This document shows positions 12,120 through 23,930 of a stretch of DNA of 64,000 bases, one piece after another. The stretch lies in NCBI GenBank assembly GCA_951406725.2, contig OX597832.1, positions 64,976,001 through 65,040,000 of the forward strand, written 5' to 3'. The stretch comes from Octopus vulgaris. Taxonomy: Eukaryota. A program made the translations under genes and the position numbers. How positions within the stretch are numbered: position 1 is the stretch's first letter; every line of letters begins with the position of its first letter. Under the pieces are notes generated by a model that worked only from the letters and a program-made list of their open reading frames with translations, ran no database searches and was not told where the DNA came from.

Positions 12120-13100
12120 GTTTCTCTAAAACCGTTCTTGAGGCGTTGTGTAAATGCTCAATATTATAGAGACTTGAAAAGGGATCGTTGTTGCAGAAAG
12201 TTTGAAAATTAAAGAATCGGTTCTGTTGAAACAGTTGTAGAGTCTGGAGGGGTTGGTTATATCAGTGCTAAATAAAGAAATACAGCAACATGAGCAAGAT
12301 CACAGAAACAGATCTTGATTGGTTGCAGTAGGGAGGAATATTTTAGCATAAGTAGTAAGCGCTGTCTGAGGAGGAGTGGGTGGCATGGTTTCAATAATGT
12401 GTGGGAGGTAAGTGGTCGGTTTGAAAGATTCGTAATACGCATGATATAATGTGGTAGCGTGTTTGTTAGGTGGTTATCAAGTGAGAGAGAACAGGAAATG
12501 AGAATATGGCGTCGAGTAAAAAAATCGGGATTTGCGTTTGAGATTTTGGTTCAAAATCATGCTCGTGCCTACAGATTTGTTCAAGTCGGAATTATTAGTA
12601 AGAATCACTGTTTTGTATGGCTGAGATTTAGATACAGTAAGATTCTAAAAAGTGGTTTTCGTAATGGAAGTGATAGGGATAGACAGTGAGATTGAGGTAA
12701 ACATAGTTTAAACATTTGTGGGATACGAATAAGCTAAATGTTAAAGCGAGGCAAAAAGATCAACGTTATTTTGTTTACAAAAGACAGAGGTGGCTACGAT
12801 GACGTGGTTTTCTAATGACCATAGAAATTAATGACCTGAAGACCAGTTAGTTGTGAGGACGATTGTTTCAACATGGCTGACGGATGGTTGTCATTCATAG
12901 CAGCCATCATTATACACATAACTATCCCACAGATATTGTGTTAGAACGATTATTGTGGATAATTGATATGCTCGGTTGGACTTAAAAGGTAGCTGAGTGG
13001 GAAGGCGAAGAAATGTTTGTAAAGTGAAATGATGCACAGAGGAAATACTGTTTATAATGACCGATAGCGGATATTTGCATGGATATTAATCTAAATGTCA
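12120..13100 (-). mobile_element. Highly degenerate LINE reverse transcriptase relic
   Basis: Minus-strand PPTPPQTALTTYAKIFL resembles ..LTTYADDI.. and there is an upstream PISL-like stretch. Many stops are present. Confidence 0.3.
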
Positions 13101-13204
13101 AACTGTCATACAAGTACACATGAATACATATTTAATGGTAGTTTACGTAATTTAATATCTAATTAGAGAATTTCTAAATATGGACAGATCCTGCGAGAAT
13201 AAAT

Positions 13205-13244
<40 letters not shown>

Positions 13245-13337
13245 TAATATAAATAATATATAAATATATACATATATATATATATATATACATATATGTA
13301 CATATCTACATATATATGTATATATACATGCATATAT

Positions 13338-13387
<50 letters not shown>

Positions 13388-13502
13388 TATATTTGTGTGT
13401 GTGAGTTGTTATATATATATAAAGTATATATATATAAAATACAGATATAAATTGTATATATATATAAAGAGAGAGAGAGAGAGAGAGAGAGAGAGTGTAT
13501 TT

Positions 13503-13555
<53 letters not shown>

Positions 13556-13867
13556 CACAAATGCATTGTTAAAAGGGGAAGAGAGAATGGTAGGCAAAGT
13601 GTGTGTATATTATATTGGAAGCTGGAGCAGCCCGCGAGCTATTATTAGGCTTTCATGTTTCCAATTGTTGTTTAGATTTTAATGCTTTCATTAATTGTTT
13701 TTCTAATTACTTGGTTTAGTCACTGTACTGTACAACCTTGAATATAACGAATCCACCCCAGTTCTTATTTTAGAATCTGGTTCTCATGCTATCAGTTCTT
13801 TTTCCAAAGCACTATTGAGTCATAAAGGAGCTAACACCGGTTATCAGACGATAGTTGTGGACAAACA

Positions 13868-13920
<53 letters not shown>

Positions 13921-13922
<2 letters not shown>

Positions 13923-14195
13923 TATCACCACCGCCTTAGCGAAGGCAGAGGTATTTTTTTCAGTCGAGTTTGTCCGTGATCAAGATCGATCCAGTACCGG
14001 ACAAGGATTCTAGATTATTTTTCCTGTTTTATCTTTACTTAATTTTTGAGAGTGGTCGGGTTCATTTTTACTATTCTCGTTTGTGAGAGTAGTCGAGTTT
14101 ATTTCAGATATACTCATTAAAAAAAAAACATCTCTGGTTAGTCGCTGAGAGAACGTTGTTGTTGCCTTGGCGGAGGTTTGCCTTCACTGAGTGCT
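13921..14195 (+). mobile_element. Non-autonomous Helitron/Helentron-like (HINE-type) repeat
   Basis: Starts TTATCACCACCGCCTTAGCGAAGGCAGAGG and ends CCTTGGCGGAGGTTTGCC..CTGAGTGCTTTTGTT. A related copy lies at 62975-63230. Confidence 0.55.
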
Positions 14196-14202
14196 TTTGT
14201 TG

Positions 14203-14272
<70 letters not shown>

Positions 14273-14753
14273 ATACATATACTAAGGTATATGCTTTGGC
14301 TATTTTGCGGTGGGTGCAATCGCGTGGCGCAATATATAACTCTCATGTCACCGGTATGAAAACACCATAGTCATGGACAAGCGAGATAACTCACCCTCAA
14401 TCCAAGTTGGGAGAAATGGACATCGATGTTTCACCATTTTGTGGCTTTTCAACAGCTTTTCAACATCAGCTACTCGCCAAGGTTCAAGGTGAGTCACCTA
14501 GACAGTCTAACGTGTTATATGCTCATGAATTGTAAAATCACGAGTTGGAATGCCCGGAAATTGCACACAGCAGAAAATTTACATATGAATTAAAAGGAAC
14601 TTTAGTGTAATGAATACTATTAAATAAATACTTTGTGTATTTTTCAGTGGCTGTAATGAGGTAGCAGAGTATATAACTCTCATATATTTGGGTGGGCTAT
14701 ATATGCATATATAAATGCATATATTGTTTCTCTCCTTGTTTCTTTCTGTGTTC

Positions 14754-14789
14754 CTTTCTGTGGAGGAGCGTAGGCTCGAAACGTTAAAG
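14754..14789 (+). ncRNA. Hammerhead ribozyme-like motif (family IV) with an A6 change
   Basis: CTTT-CTGTGGA-G-GAGC GTAG GCTC-GAAAC-GTT-AAAG has intact stems I and II and the AACGTT stem III; position 6 is T. Confidence 0.55.
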
Positions 14790-15016
14790 ACTTTTTCCAT
14801 TCCCGAACGTTATACTAATACATCTGTTTGTTCTCTACACCACCTGTCTTCGTCTTTTGTTTTTTTTTAAATTCTCCCTATATATATATTTATATATATG
14901 TGTATATGTAATATGTATGTGTATATATGTGCATATATAAATGTATATATCGATATGTATAATTGTATGTATACATATGTATATATATATATATATATAG
15001 CAATGTGTATGTGTGC

Positions 15017-15068
<52 letters not shown>

Positions 15069-15099
15069 GAGGGTACTATTATTCATAGGTACCGCACGC

Positions 15100-15400
15100 T
15101 AGGAGGGACTCTTGCAGTCAAAACTACTAAAATAAACAAATTGTGCCGAATGCAAAACTTCAAAGCAAGTAATTTAAAAACAGAATTTAGTTACATATCA
15201 CCTGTGATTTCGCAATCAATGCAGAATATGCATTCTATGCTCTTCAGTGCAACGAACTCAAGACACGTAAGGAAAAAACACAATATAGCATACCCGACAG
15301 CCAACCGTAGAATTCGTCGTAGCATGTACGAATGTTTATCTTTACATATCTATGAAAATGGCGGGCTTATTCGCAATGCATTTCGGTAACAATTTGCCTA
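15100..15400 (+). mobile_element. Possible Penelope-like linker/EN relic
   Basis: KCAECKTSK followed by HITCDFAINAEYAFYALQCN resembles the PLE Cys linker and the TC.S.NVIY.L.C motif. Confidence 0.3.
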
Positions 15401-15502
15401 TTCGGAACAAAAATTCAGTATTGAACTATTCCGGTGAAAAATATAAATTTAAAAATTAAGGATAAAATCTTTATAAGAAATTATCAGTAGTTAGCGTGAA
15501 AA

Positions 15503-15570
<68 letters not shown>

Positions 15571-15967
15571 TACATACATTTATACCTACGTAACTACCTA
15601 CCTACATATATACATACCTACATATATACAGACATACAGTCAAACATGCATACACATATATATTTCTGCATACGAAACACTATACATGTAGTGAATTTCC
15701 TTTTTCCGCATGAGTTTGATCACTTTATCTTTTATATAATTAATGCTACATAGGTTCTAACTTTCTCTCATTTCATTGCGATCAATGCAGCCCTTCTTTA
15801 CACAAAATCTATATTAAGGTTCGTGTGTACGTGCGCCCTGTCAGAGACTCCACCCAAATATCTGAATAAGAATCATAAAGTATATATCAATGCAAAAACA
15901 CATGTATGTATGTATGTTCGTATGTATACATGCGAATATGTATGTGTGTGTATGTTCATATGTATGC

Positions 15968-16024
<57 letters not shown>

Positions 16025-17099
16025 CGTGTGCTTGTGCCGCGATGAAACTCTTTGCGTGGCATCAACTCGCACATTGCTTCTTGACCAATTTCTGAATCAC
16101 GCGCATACATAGTCATACGAACCATACCACACTCATGCATATACACGCACACACACATGCACACATATACACACACGCACGCACACTCAATAGAACGGGA
16201 AACGTAAAAATTAATAATTCATTCCTCTTATCAATTTCATCGTAACCACGGCCAACAGATCAAAGACATAAGAATCGCTAGAATCAGACTACTTCAAAAG
16301 TTTCTGGCGTTACTTAACGTAAATTCGCACGACGAATGTGAACAGATATTTTCAGGCATCTATTACTCCGTTTAGACCGAGATTTGTAACAAAGATGTCG
16401 TTATTATCCCAAGGGGACAACAATATCTTCTACTTCATATCAAATCGTAACAGATGTCCATTCCTTTTATCTACATGTTTTTCCAATATCGTTGTCTTTT
16501 TGATAAGGAAATTAAATATTTTTGCCGCAGGCACAATTTCTACTTTATATACATACTTACATACATACATACATACAAAACATACATATGTACAGATATT
16601 TACTTACATGCATACATATATTCTCAAACACATAAATAGAACACTACGTTGACATTATCGGAGATGAAGCGTGACATCAACATCACCTGCTACTATTACG
16701 CTGTCTATCACTGAAGCTGACCGCTGTGTCAGGCCGCCATATATCGAAGGTAACTGACAAAATCCTGTAAGCGAATCTAGGAATAACATTGACAATGAGA
16801 ACGACGAGTAGAAATATATGAAGAACATTCTAAATGAAGTCTTTGAAGCGAAACAAAATTTAAACCAAAACTTTGGGAAATGCGATATCTAACAAACCCC
16901 TCAAAAATAATCTGCGTTTAATGAGGCTTAAGAAAATCGAGTAGAAATCTTTTCAATGCTGTTCAGATTTTGTTTTTATTAATGTCGGTAGAGATGACTT
17001 CTAAATGATTGCAAAACATTACATTGGAAAGGTTGAAGGATGGAAGGAAGAAAGGTTGAAGGATGAAGGAAATTTTGAAGGAGGATGGAAAGTTTGAAG

Positions 17100-17750
17100 A
17101 ATGAAAAAAGGGCCTACGTTGGTTTTGAAAATTAAGAGAAAATTGATTAGTATACGGAGGATAATCCATATCATACACCAACGGATAAACAAATGCATTG
17201 AATAAACGGTGGAAAATGAAATAGAAATACTGTTTGGAAAAAAAATTGTTACAACTCAAATAGCAAAAAGCTCCCGCATAAGAGTAGAGTAGCTAAAAAT
17301 AAAACGATTAATACAAATTTTGATTGAAAGCAATCAGTTGTATATAGAAATATGAGAGAACAATCAATAACTGTAGCAAAGTCTTTGTTCCAGAAAGACT
17401 CAGTCATTCTGGAGAAGGAAGTTTAATTAGAGTGCAGGAAAGTGAGAAGAAATACGGAATATATATTACCTTTGTATAGAACCAACATTCTACAATTTGG
17501 TGAGATCGTGACACTGTGGTTCAAACAGTTCAGGATGCAAAAAGACCAGCAATGGACTTCATTGTCGGATTCTGATATTAGAAAGAAAATAATAGTAATG
17601 AAGTTTTTTTTTTATGGTGAGAAAAGAGGGAGAATTCACTATCGCTGCAAGTAGAGGATTGAAATCATTTTAGTGCATGTATTTGATGGTGCACCGATGG
17701 ACGAAGATATGCTGCGATTATCGCATCGTTGACATAGAAACTTGAAGTCG
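17100..17750 (+). mobile_element. Possible very degenerate R4/Dong-like relic
   Basis: QLYRNMREQSITV and GEIVTLWFKQF echo R4-type motifs. The evidence is weak. Confidence 0.25.
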
Positions 17751-17857
17751 TGTATGTGATTCTCTAACACACACACATCCACACATACAAGTATATATAT
17801 ATATGGAATGAGATCACTGGTACAATCAAAATATTTCTCATGAGACGATACTCTTTA

Positions 17858-17940
<83 letters not shown>
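17858..17940. repeat. (TCTA)n (GATA/Bkm-type) tract, continuing at 18320-18399
   Basis: Direct reading; split by the family B SINE. Confidence 0.95.
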
Positions 17941-17941
<1 letters not shown>

Positions 17942-18316
17942 GTGGAGGCGCAATGGTCTAGTGGGTAGGGCAGCGGATTCGTGGTCGTAGGATCGCGGTT
18001 TCGATTCCCAGACCGACCGTTTTGAGTGTTTGAGCGAAAACACCTAAAACTCCACGAGGTTCCGGCGCGGGGTGGGTGGGTAAACCCTGCTGTACTCTTT
18101 CACCACATGTTTCTCTCATTCTTCTTGCTTCTGTTGTACCTGTATTTCAAAGGCCAGCCTTGTCACTCTGTGTCACGTTGAATGTCCCCCCGAGAACTAC
18201 GTTAAGGGTACATATGTCTGTGGAGTGCTCAGCCACTTGCCCGTTAATTTCACAAACATGCTGTTCCGTTGATTGGATCAACTGGAACACTCGTCGTCGT
18301 AACCGACGGAGTGCCA
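17942..18316 (+). mobile_element. SINE family B, full length
   Basis: tRNA-like head GTGGAGGCGCAATGGTCTAGTGGGTAGGGCAGCGGATTCG..GGTTTCGATTCCC and tail CGTCGTCGTAACCGACGGAGTGCCA. Confidence 0.92.
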
Positions 18317-18318
18317 AA

Positions 18319-18400
<82 letters not shown>

Positions 18401-18424
18401 GTGTTTGTCTGTCTGATCATTCGT

Positions 18425-18595
18425 CCGTCCGTCTATCTGCCTTCCTATAAACGACGGGTTTGTTTTCAGTTTCCGTCTAACATATCCAATTATAAGGCGT
18501 TGGTCAGCCAAAGGCTACAGTTGAAAGTATTTGCCCAAGTGCCACGCAATGAGATTGAACCCGGAATCATGTGTCTGGGAAGCAACTCTTCTTAG
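18425..18595 (-). mobile_element. SINE family C, 5' half
   Basis: GACGGG..TTTCAGTTTCCGTCTA..TTGCCCAAGTGCCACGCA..GAACCCGGAATCATG. Confidence 0.75.
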
Positions 18596-18630
18596 TACGC
18601 ATCTTTATGACACTATTCCGTCTGCTAGGT

Positions 18631-19030
18631 AAGGCGGCAAGGAGCTGGCAGAGACATTAGCACACCGGGCGAAATGCGTATCGGTATTTCCTCTGCCGCT
18701 ACGCTCTGAGTTCAAAGTCCGCCGGGGTCGACTTTGCCTTTCATCCTTTCGGGATCGATTAAATAAGTACCAGTTACGCACTGGGGTCGATATAATCGAC
18801 TTAATCCGTTTGTCCTTGTTTGTTTCCCCTGTGTTTAGCCCCTTGTGGGTAATAAAGAAATAGGTATTTTGTGTCACTTTACATTCTGAGCTCAAATTCG
18901 ACTGAGTTCGACTTTGTCTTTCATCCTTTCGGCATCGATAAATTAAGTACCAGTTGCGTACAGGGGTTGATCTAATCGACTGGCTCCCTCCCCAAACAGT
19001 TCGGGCCTTGTGCCTAGAGTAGAAAATATT
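18631..19030 (+). mobile_element. SINE family A partial tandem dimer
   Basis: Head, body and long tail end in AAGAAATAGGTATT, then a second body with a different tail follows. Confidence 0.85.
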
Positions 19031-19049
19031 ATTGTGTCTGCTTGGTCCT

Positions 19050-19258
19050 GAGCTGGAAGAACCGTTACTACGCCTCACAAATTGCATAGCGGCATTTCTT
19101 CGGCATTTTCGGGCCGAATACAGTTTTTGCCGTGACTTAGCTCTTCATCTCTTCAACCGATAAAATAAATGTTAATTGAGCTCTAGGTTCGATGCAATCG
19201 AATAGCTTCCACACTCTCGCAAAACTTAGGTCTTTTAACCTTAGCTGAAAGGATTATC
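19050..19258 (+). mobile_element. SINE family A, degenerate
   Basis: GAGCTGGAAGAACCGTTA..GCGGCATTTC..GATAAAATAAATG..GATGCAATCGA. Confidence 0.6.
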
Positions 19259-20032
19259 TATTCTAGCTGCTCTAAAAAAAGAAAGAATAGATAAAATAAA
19301 AACCAGTAGAGCAGGATTTGGTAACGAAGTAACGGTATTGCAAAAAGTATTCGGCGTCAGGCGGTGGAGGCAGTTTTGGTAGAACCCGCCTTTATTAACA
19401 AACATAATCAGCAAGACGAACTTTCATACCCTTTCTCACGTTTGTCTCAATCTGCGTCTCGTCTCGCTACGCCTGGGTCGAGGTACGTTTTAGCGACTAC
19501 TTCTAGCAATCCGAGCAACCACATAGCGGTAAAGTATGACTATGCACTTGTGTATACGCGTAAATGTGTGTGTGTGTGTATGTGCGTGTATGTATGTATG
19601 TGTGTGTGTGTGTGTGTGAACAACTACAATAAACATGAACAGCAACATAGTTTATTGTAGATGTTCATGGCGTTATAATATACAACGGTTCACTGATTGA
19701 CATTTAAAGTGAACTGGCTTTTGTGTGAATGTAATTTATGTGTCTGTGGCATTGTACATTGCTGATGGCCAATGTGTGTGTTTCTATCTGGGTGAGTGTG
19801 TGCGTACGTGTGTGAGTGTGGAAGTATGCGTGTGTGTATGTGTGTGCGCGTGCGTCTGTGAGTGTCGTGAATGAAATTATGTGTGACAGTGTGTATGTAT
19901 ATGTGGGCGAATGTAGATAACAGCTTGTCAGCTTGTTACTATTATTCCGGTTCTTGACTATACACACAAACATATATAGGTATGCATGTATGTATAAATG
20001 TATCCATCCATATATACATACATATATAAAGG

Positions 20033-20095
<63 letters not shown>

Positions 20096-21147
20096 ACACA
20101 CATATACACAAGCATACAAATACACGGTTATGTACACACACACATATGCGTGTGGGATGGGCGAGTATTTATTACCATTTGATGTTTGAGACAGGAGTGT
20201 GTGTTGTCAACCATACTTGTCTATCCATCTCTCTCCCTCTCTGTCAACACACACACACACATATATATGTGTATATCTATATGTATGTATGCCTATTGTT
20301 ATTTCTGTGTATGTGTATATATACACACACACATGTGTGTGTGTGTGTGTGTGTGTACACACATTTGTATATGTAGGTATGTATGTTTGTGTATAAAACA
20401 ATGACTGCACCCAGCAACAGGATAAACGAATAATGAATATCTGTCTATCGATCATTTTATCCATTTTTATCGTTTTTTTTTCGTTGCTATGGTTATTGCT
20501 TTTTGTCACCACACATTTCTTTAAACAGACGATCACATCACAGTAGTTTCCAACGAATATCTTATAAATGTGAATCAGATCACACCCGATAAAGCACTCA
20601 GCCGAAACGAGTGTAGTGTGAGTAGCTGTAAAAATATATGTAAATGAACTCTACATCTGCATTATATAATATGTATTGACGAAGATGTCCACTTCGTTTT
20701 GTGTGTATTTACAAAGAATATAAGTGTATCTATGTGTGGGTATTGTGATAGCACAATTCAAATAAAGAAAGAGTAAAATATTTACTTATAAATGAATGTA
20801 ACAGTTATTCGTCTGCAGGTTACACTGGTTTCAGAATGAAGCAGACTGTGAGTTTGTAATGAAATTCTACATTCGTCAGGTCTTTGTAAGTAGTAAATAA
20901 AATTCATTTGTTATTTAGGAATGCCTGACGTATTGTAGGCTTTTTCGCTAGATCTACAAAGAATGATTGTTATATAAATATCGTAATAGCCTGCGTTTGA
21001 TTAACTTTTATTCTGTATACAGATTAATAACTCTATATATGTGTGTGCGTCTCTATGTGCATGTTTGTGGGTGTACGTGTACATATACTTATTTATGTGT
21101 ATATTATATATAGATCTATGTGTGTGTGTGTGGGGGTGGTGCGTGTT

Positions 21148-21178
<31 letters not shown>

Positions 21179-21243
21179 AGAAGGTTGAAAAGGAACACAT
21201 GGAAAAAGTCAAGGTAGAAAATGGTAAAATAGTTTTATAAAAA

Positions 21244-21872
21244 ACTAGCAATATCGCCCGGCGTTGCTCGGGTTTGTAAGGGAAATAACTATATATGTTT
21301 CTTTACTACCCACAAGGGGCTAAACACGGAGGGGACAAACAAGGACAGACATAGGTATTAAGTCGATTATATCGACCCCCAGGGCGTAACTGGTACTTAA
21401 TTTATCGACCCCGAAAGGATGAAAGGCAAAGTTGACCTCGGCGGAATTTGAACTCACAACGTAACAACAGACGAAATACAGCTAAGCATTTCGCCCGGCG
21501 TGCTAACGTTTCTGCCAGGGAAATAACTATATAAGCATTTTTAGAGATGTAAAGTATAATAGCCATCTCAATATGACTAACCACAAAGAGGGGGTGTTAC
21601 TGTAGCTTTTTACGTTATGAGATTTAATAATACATTTTTAGAGAGTTACTTATATAATAGCAAAAAAATGAATTAAAAATGGGAAAAAATGATGGTAATT
21701 TTTTTTTTAAATCGTAGACTCATCGTAGACGCGCGCTAATACCCAGAAGGCCTGGATATGAATCACGACTATAAGATACCCGCTTTTGGTTACACTGCAC
21801 CGCAAAATGTGGGAGTAGTTAGGAATCTAAATCGTAGGAGACAGACACACAACTTCACTTTTATATATAAAT
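21244..21872 (+). mobile_element. Helentron-associated (DINE/HINE-like) non-autonomous element
   Basis: Begins ACTAGCAATATCGCCCGGCGTTGCTCGGG and ends AGACAGACAC..TTTTATATATAAAT. It splits a pLTR that is contiguous at 22290. Confidence 0.65.
21296..21516 (-). mobile_element. SINE family A with 17-bp TSD
   Basis: TSD AGGGAAATAACTATATA at 21279-21295 and 21517-21533. Confidence 0.92.
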
Positions 21873-22023
21873 ATATTTCAGTGCCGGATTCAGTCATTGA
21901 GACTTTTTCAACAGTAATTTTTCAAAAGAATATTTGCATAGTATTTGAACACTATGCAAATATTTTTTTTGAAAAGGTTTTCTTTTAATTTTTCCAAAAT
22001 TTAATTGTTTTCCATACTTATAA

Positions 22024-22056
22024 TTGAAAAAGTCCCAATGACTGAAACCGGTACTG
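22024..22056 (+). ncRNA. Hammerhead family II (U3-A8 core), stem I degenerate
   Basis: TTGAAAA-AGTC CCAAT GACT-GAA-ACCGGT-A-CTG. Confidence 0.55.
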
Positions 22057-22109
22057 AAATGCTTTCTATAAAATTATTTTAGCAATTTCTACTTTGACTT
22101 TTTTATATT

Positions 22110-22219
<110 letters not shown>

Positions 22220-22305
22220 AAGGATGAAAAGGAACACACGAGTTGATATATATGAAAAAATAAGTCAGGATAGAAAATGCTAAAATGATTTTATAAAGAA
22301 CATTT

Positions 22306-22341
22306 CAGTACAGGTTTCAGTCATTGAGACCTTTTCAACTG
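22306..22341 (-). ncRNA. Hammerhead family II (U3-A8 core)
   Basis: Minus strand CAG-TTGAAAA-GGTC TCAAT GACT-GAA-ACCTGT-A-CTG. Confidence 0.62.
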
Positions 22342-22734
22342 TAACAATTAAATAATTAAATTTAGAAAAATTAAAAGAAAAGTTTTTTTTAAGAATAGTG
22401 TTCAAATATTAGTGGCATTTTCCTTGTTTCTGCCTTTCTCTGTCTCTCTTGTTTACTCTTGTGGGTTCGAGGTCGTGGTGAATTCTTGGTTGGGAAGAAG
22501 AAGGAGGAGGAGGAGGAGGAGAAGAAGAGGAGGAAGAAGACAAAGAATTTGGGAGTGCCTTGATTGTTGCATTTTGAATGGTCAGTGGAGGCTAGCATTT
22601 GCTGTTCAATTCATGAAAATATTTCTATTGAAAGTTTTGTTTATAGAATTTGCGCAGGTGTTATACTAAAAAGCATTAGTGATAAAGTTAAGAAGAAGGA
22701 AGGAGAAGGGGGTGAAGAAGAAAAAGAAGAAGAA

Positions 22735-22785
<51 letters not shown>

Positions 22786-22835
22786 GAAGAAGAAGAAGAA
22801 GAAGAAGAAGAAGAAGAAGAAGAAGAAGAAGAAGA
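22735..22835. repeat. (GAT)n(GAA)n tract inside the Penelope 3' region
   Basis: Direct reading. Confidence 0.95.
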
Positions 22836-23569
22836 AAGAGAAGGGAGAATATGAATGAGTGAAAGTAGTGAGATGTTGGATGACTTAAAGTTGGCACGTT
22901 ATGGAGTATAGCAGTGATTGGGGCTGATTTTTAATGGATTCTTAGGAATGTAATATTTGCGTGTGTATTTGTGTTACTCTAAGACCGAGATGGATATATC
23001 GTTTGTCGTAGACGCGTTCAAAAGGGGCCTGTGCTTTGTAATAAAGAGAGTTTCTTTACTAATTCGTTGACTCCAGGTTGCATCGTCCCTGAATTGGTAC
23101 AGGGGAAAAATCCTGAAGCTTGGAGTTTTGTTGTTGGCGCAAATACCTATGTGTTGGCTGAATGCTATTTTTCTGATTTGGGGAATTTTTATCTGGGATC
23201 TGTGCATGGCCATTCTTTTACTTAAACTATTTTTTGTTTGGCCTATGTATTTCTCTTGACACCCAGAGCAAGTTAGTGTGTATACCAGGTTCTCCGAAGC
23301 ACGCGTGAAGTTGCTTTTCCCTGTTTGAAGGAGAATTCTGATCCCTCAAGTAGATCATCGCATATCCCACAATTGGGTCTTCCACATCTTTTTTACTGTC
23401 GGCTTCTGTGTTGGTGAGCGTATTCGGGCTTGTGTTAGGAGACTTTTCATAGATTTGGGCTGTCTCTTGCTTTTTATGATCGTGTGTGTTTGGAGGATTA
23501 AGTTCATTCTGTGGTCCTTTTTTAGCAGCCTCGACTGCTAGCCTCGACTGCTAGCGTCGACTGCTAGCC

Positions 23570-23930
23570 TCCCTGCTAGCCTCCACTGACCATTCAAAAT
23601 ACTACAATCAAGGCACTTCCAAATTCTTCGTCTTCTTCTTCCCCTTCTCATCCTCCTTCTTCTTTCCTAACAAGAATTCACCACGAACGACCTCGAAACC
23701 ATAAGAGTAAACAAGAGAGACAGAGAAAGGCAGAAACAAGGAAAATGTCAATTACATTTGAACACTATACAAATATTCTTTTAAAAAAAACTTTTCTTTT
23801 AATTTTTCTAAATTTAATTATTTAATTGTTACAGTTGAAAAGGTCTCAATGACTGAAAGCGGTACTGAAATGTTCTTTATAAAATCATTTTAGCATTTTC
23901 TCTCTTGATTTGTTTTTTCATATTTATATA
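23570..23930 (+). mobile_element. Inverted pLTR copy of 22240-22600
   Basis: About 350 bp of inverted similarity (CTAGCCTCCACTGACCATTCAAAAT.. versus ..ATTTTGAATGGTCAGTGGAGGCTAG). Confidence 0.9.
23832..23867 (+). ncRNA. Hammerhead family II (U3-A8 core)
   Basis: CAG-TTGAAAA-GGTC TCAAT GACT-GAA-AGCGGT-A-CTG. Confidence 0.58.

Larger units (their letters stand above)
22220..23525 (-). mobile_element. 5'-truncated Penelope-like element: linker, GIY-YIG endonuclease and pLTR
   Basis: Minus strand reads IIKSKRQPKSMKSLLTQARI..KRCGRPNCGICDDL, then a frameshift, then SENLVYTLTCSGCQEKYIGQTKNSLSKRMAMHRSQI..KETLFITKHRPLLN. The pLTR follows at 22600-22220. Confidence 0.9.

Noticed and set aside
17942-18015. 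tRNA-like sequences at SINE heads (also 5305, 42610, 44268)
   Set aside because: They continue into SINE bodies and lack a complete cloverleaf, so they are not tRNA genes.
20581-20620. CACACCCGATAAAGCACTCAGCCGAAACGAGTGT
   Set aside because: Too many core changes to call a ribozyme.
22564-22854. Poly-Asp/Glu ORF
   Set aside because: It is the (GAT)n(GAA)n microsatellite inside the Penelope 3' region.
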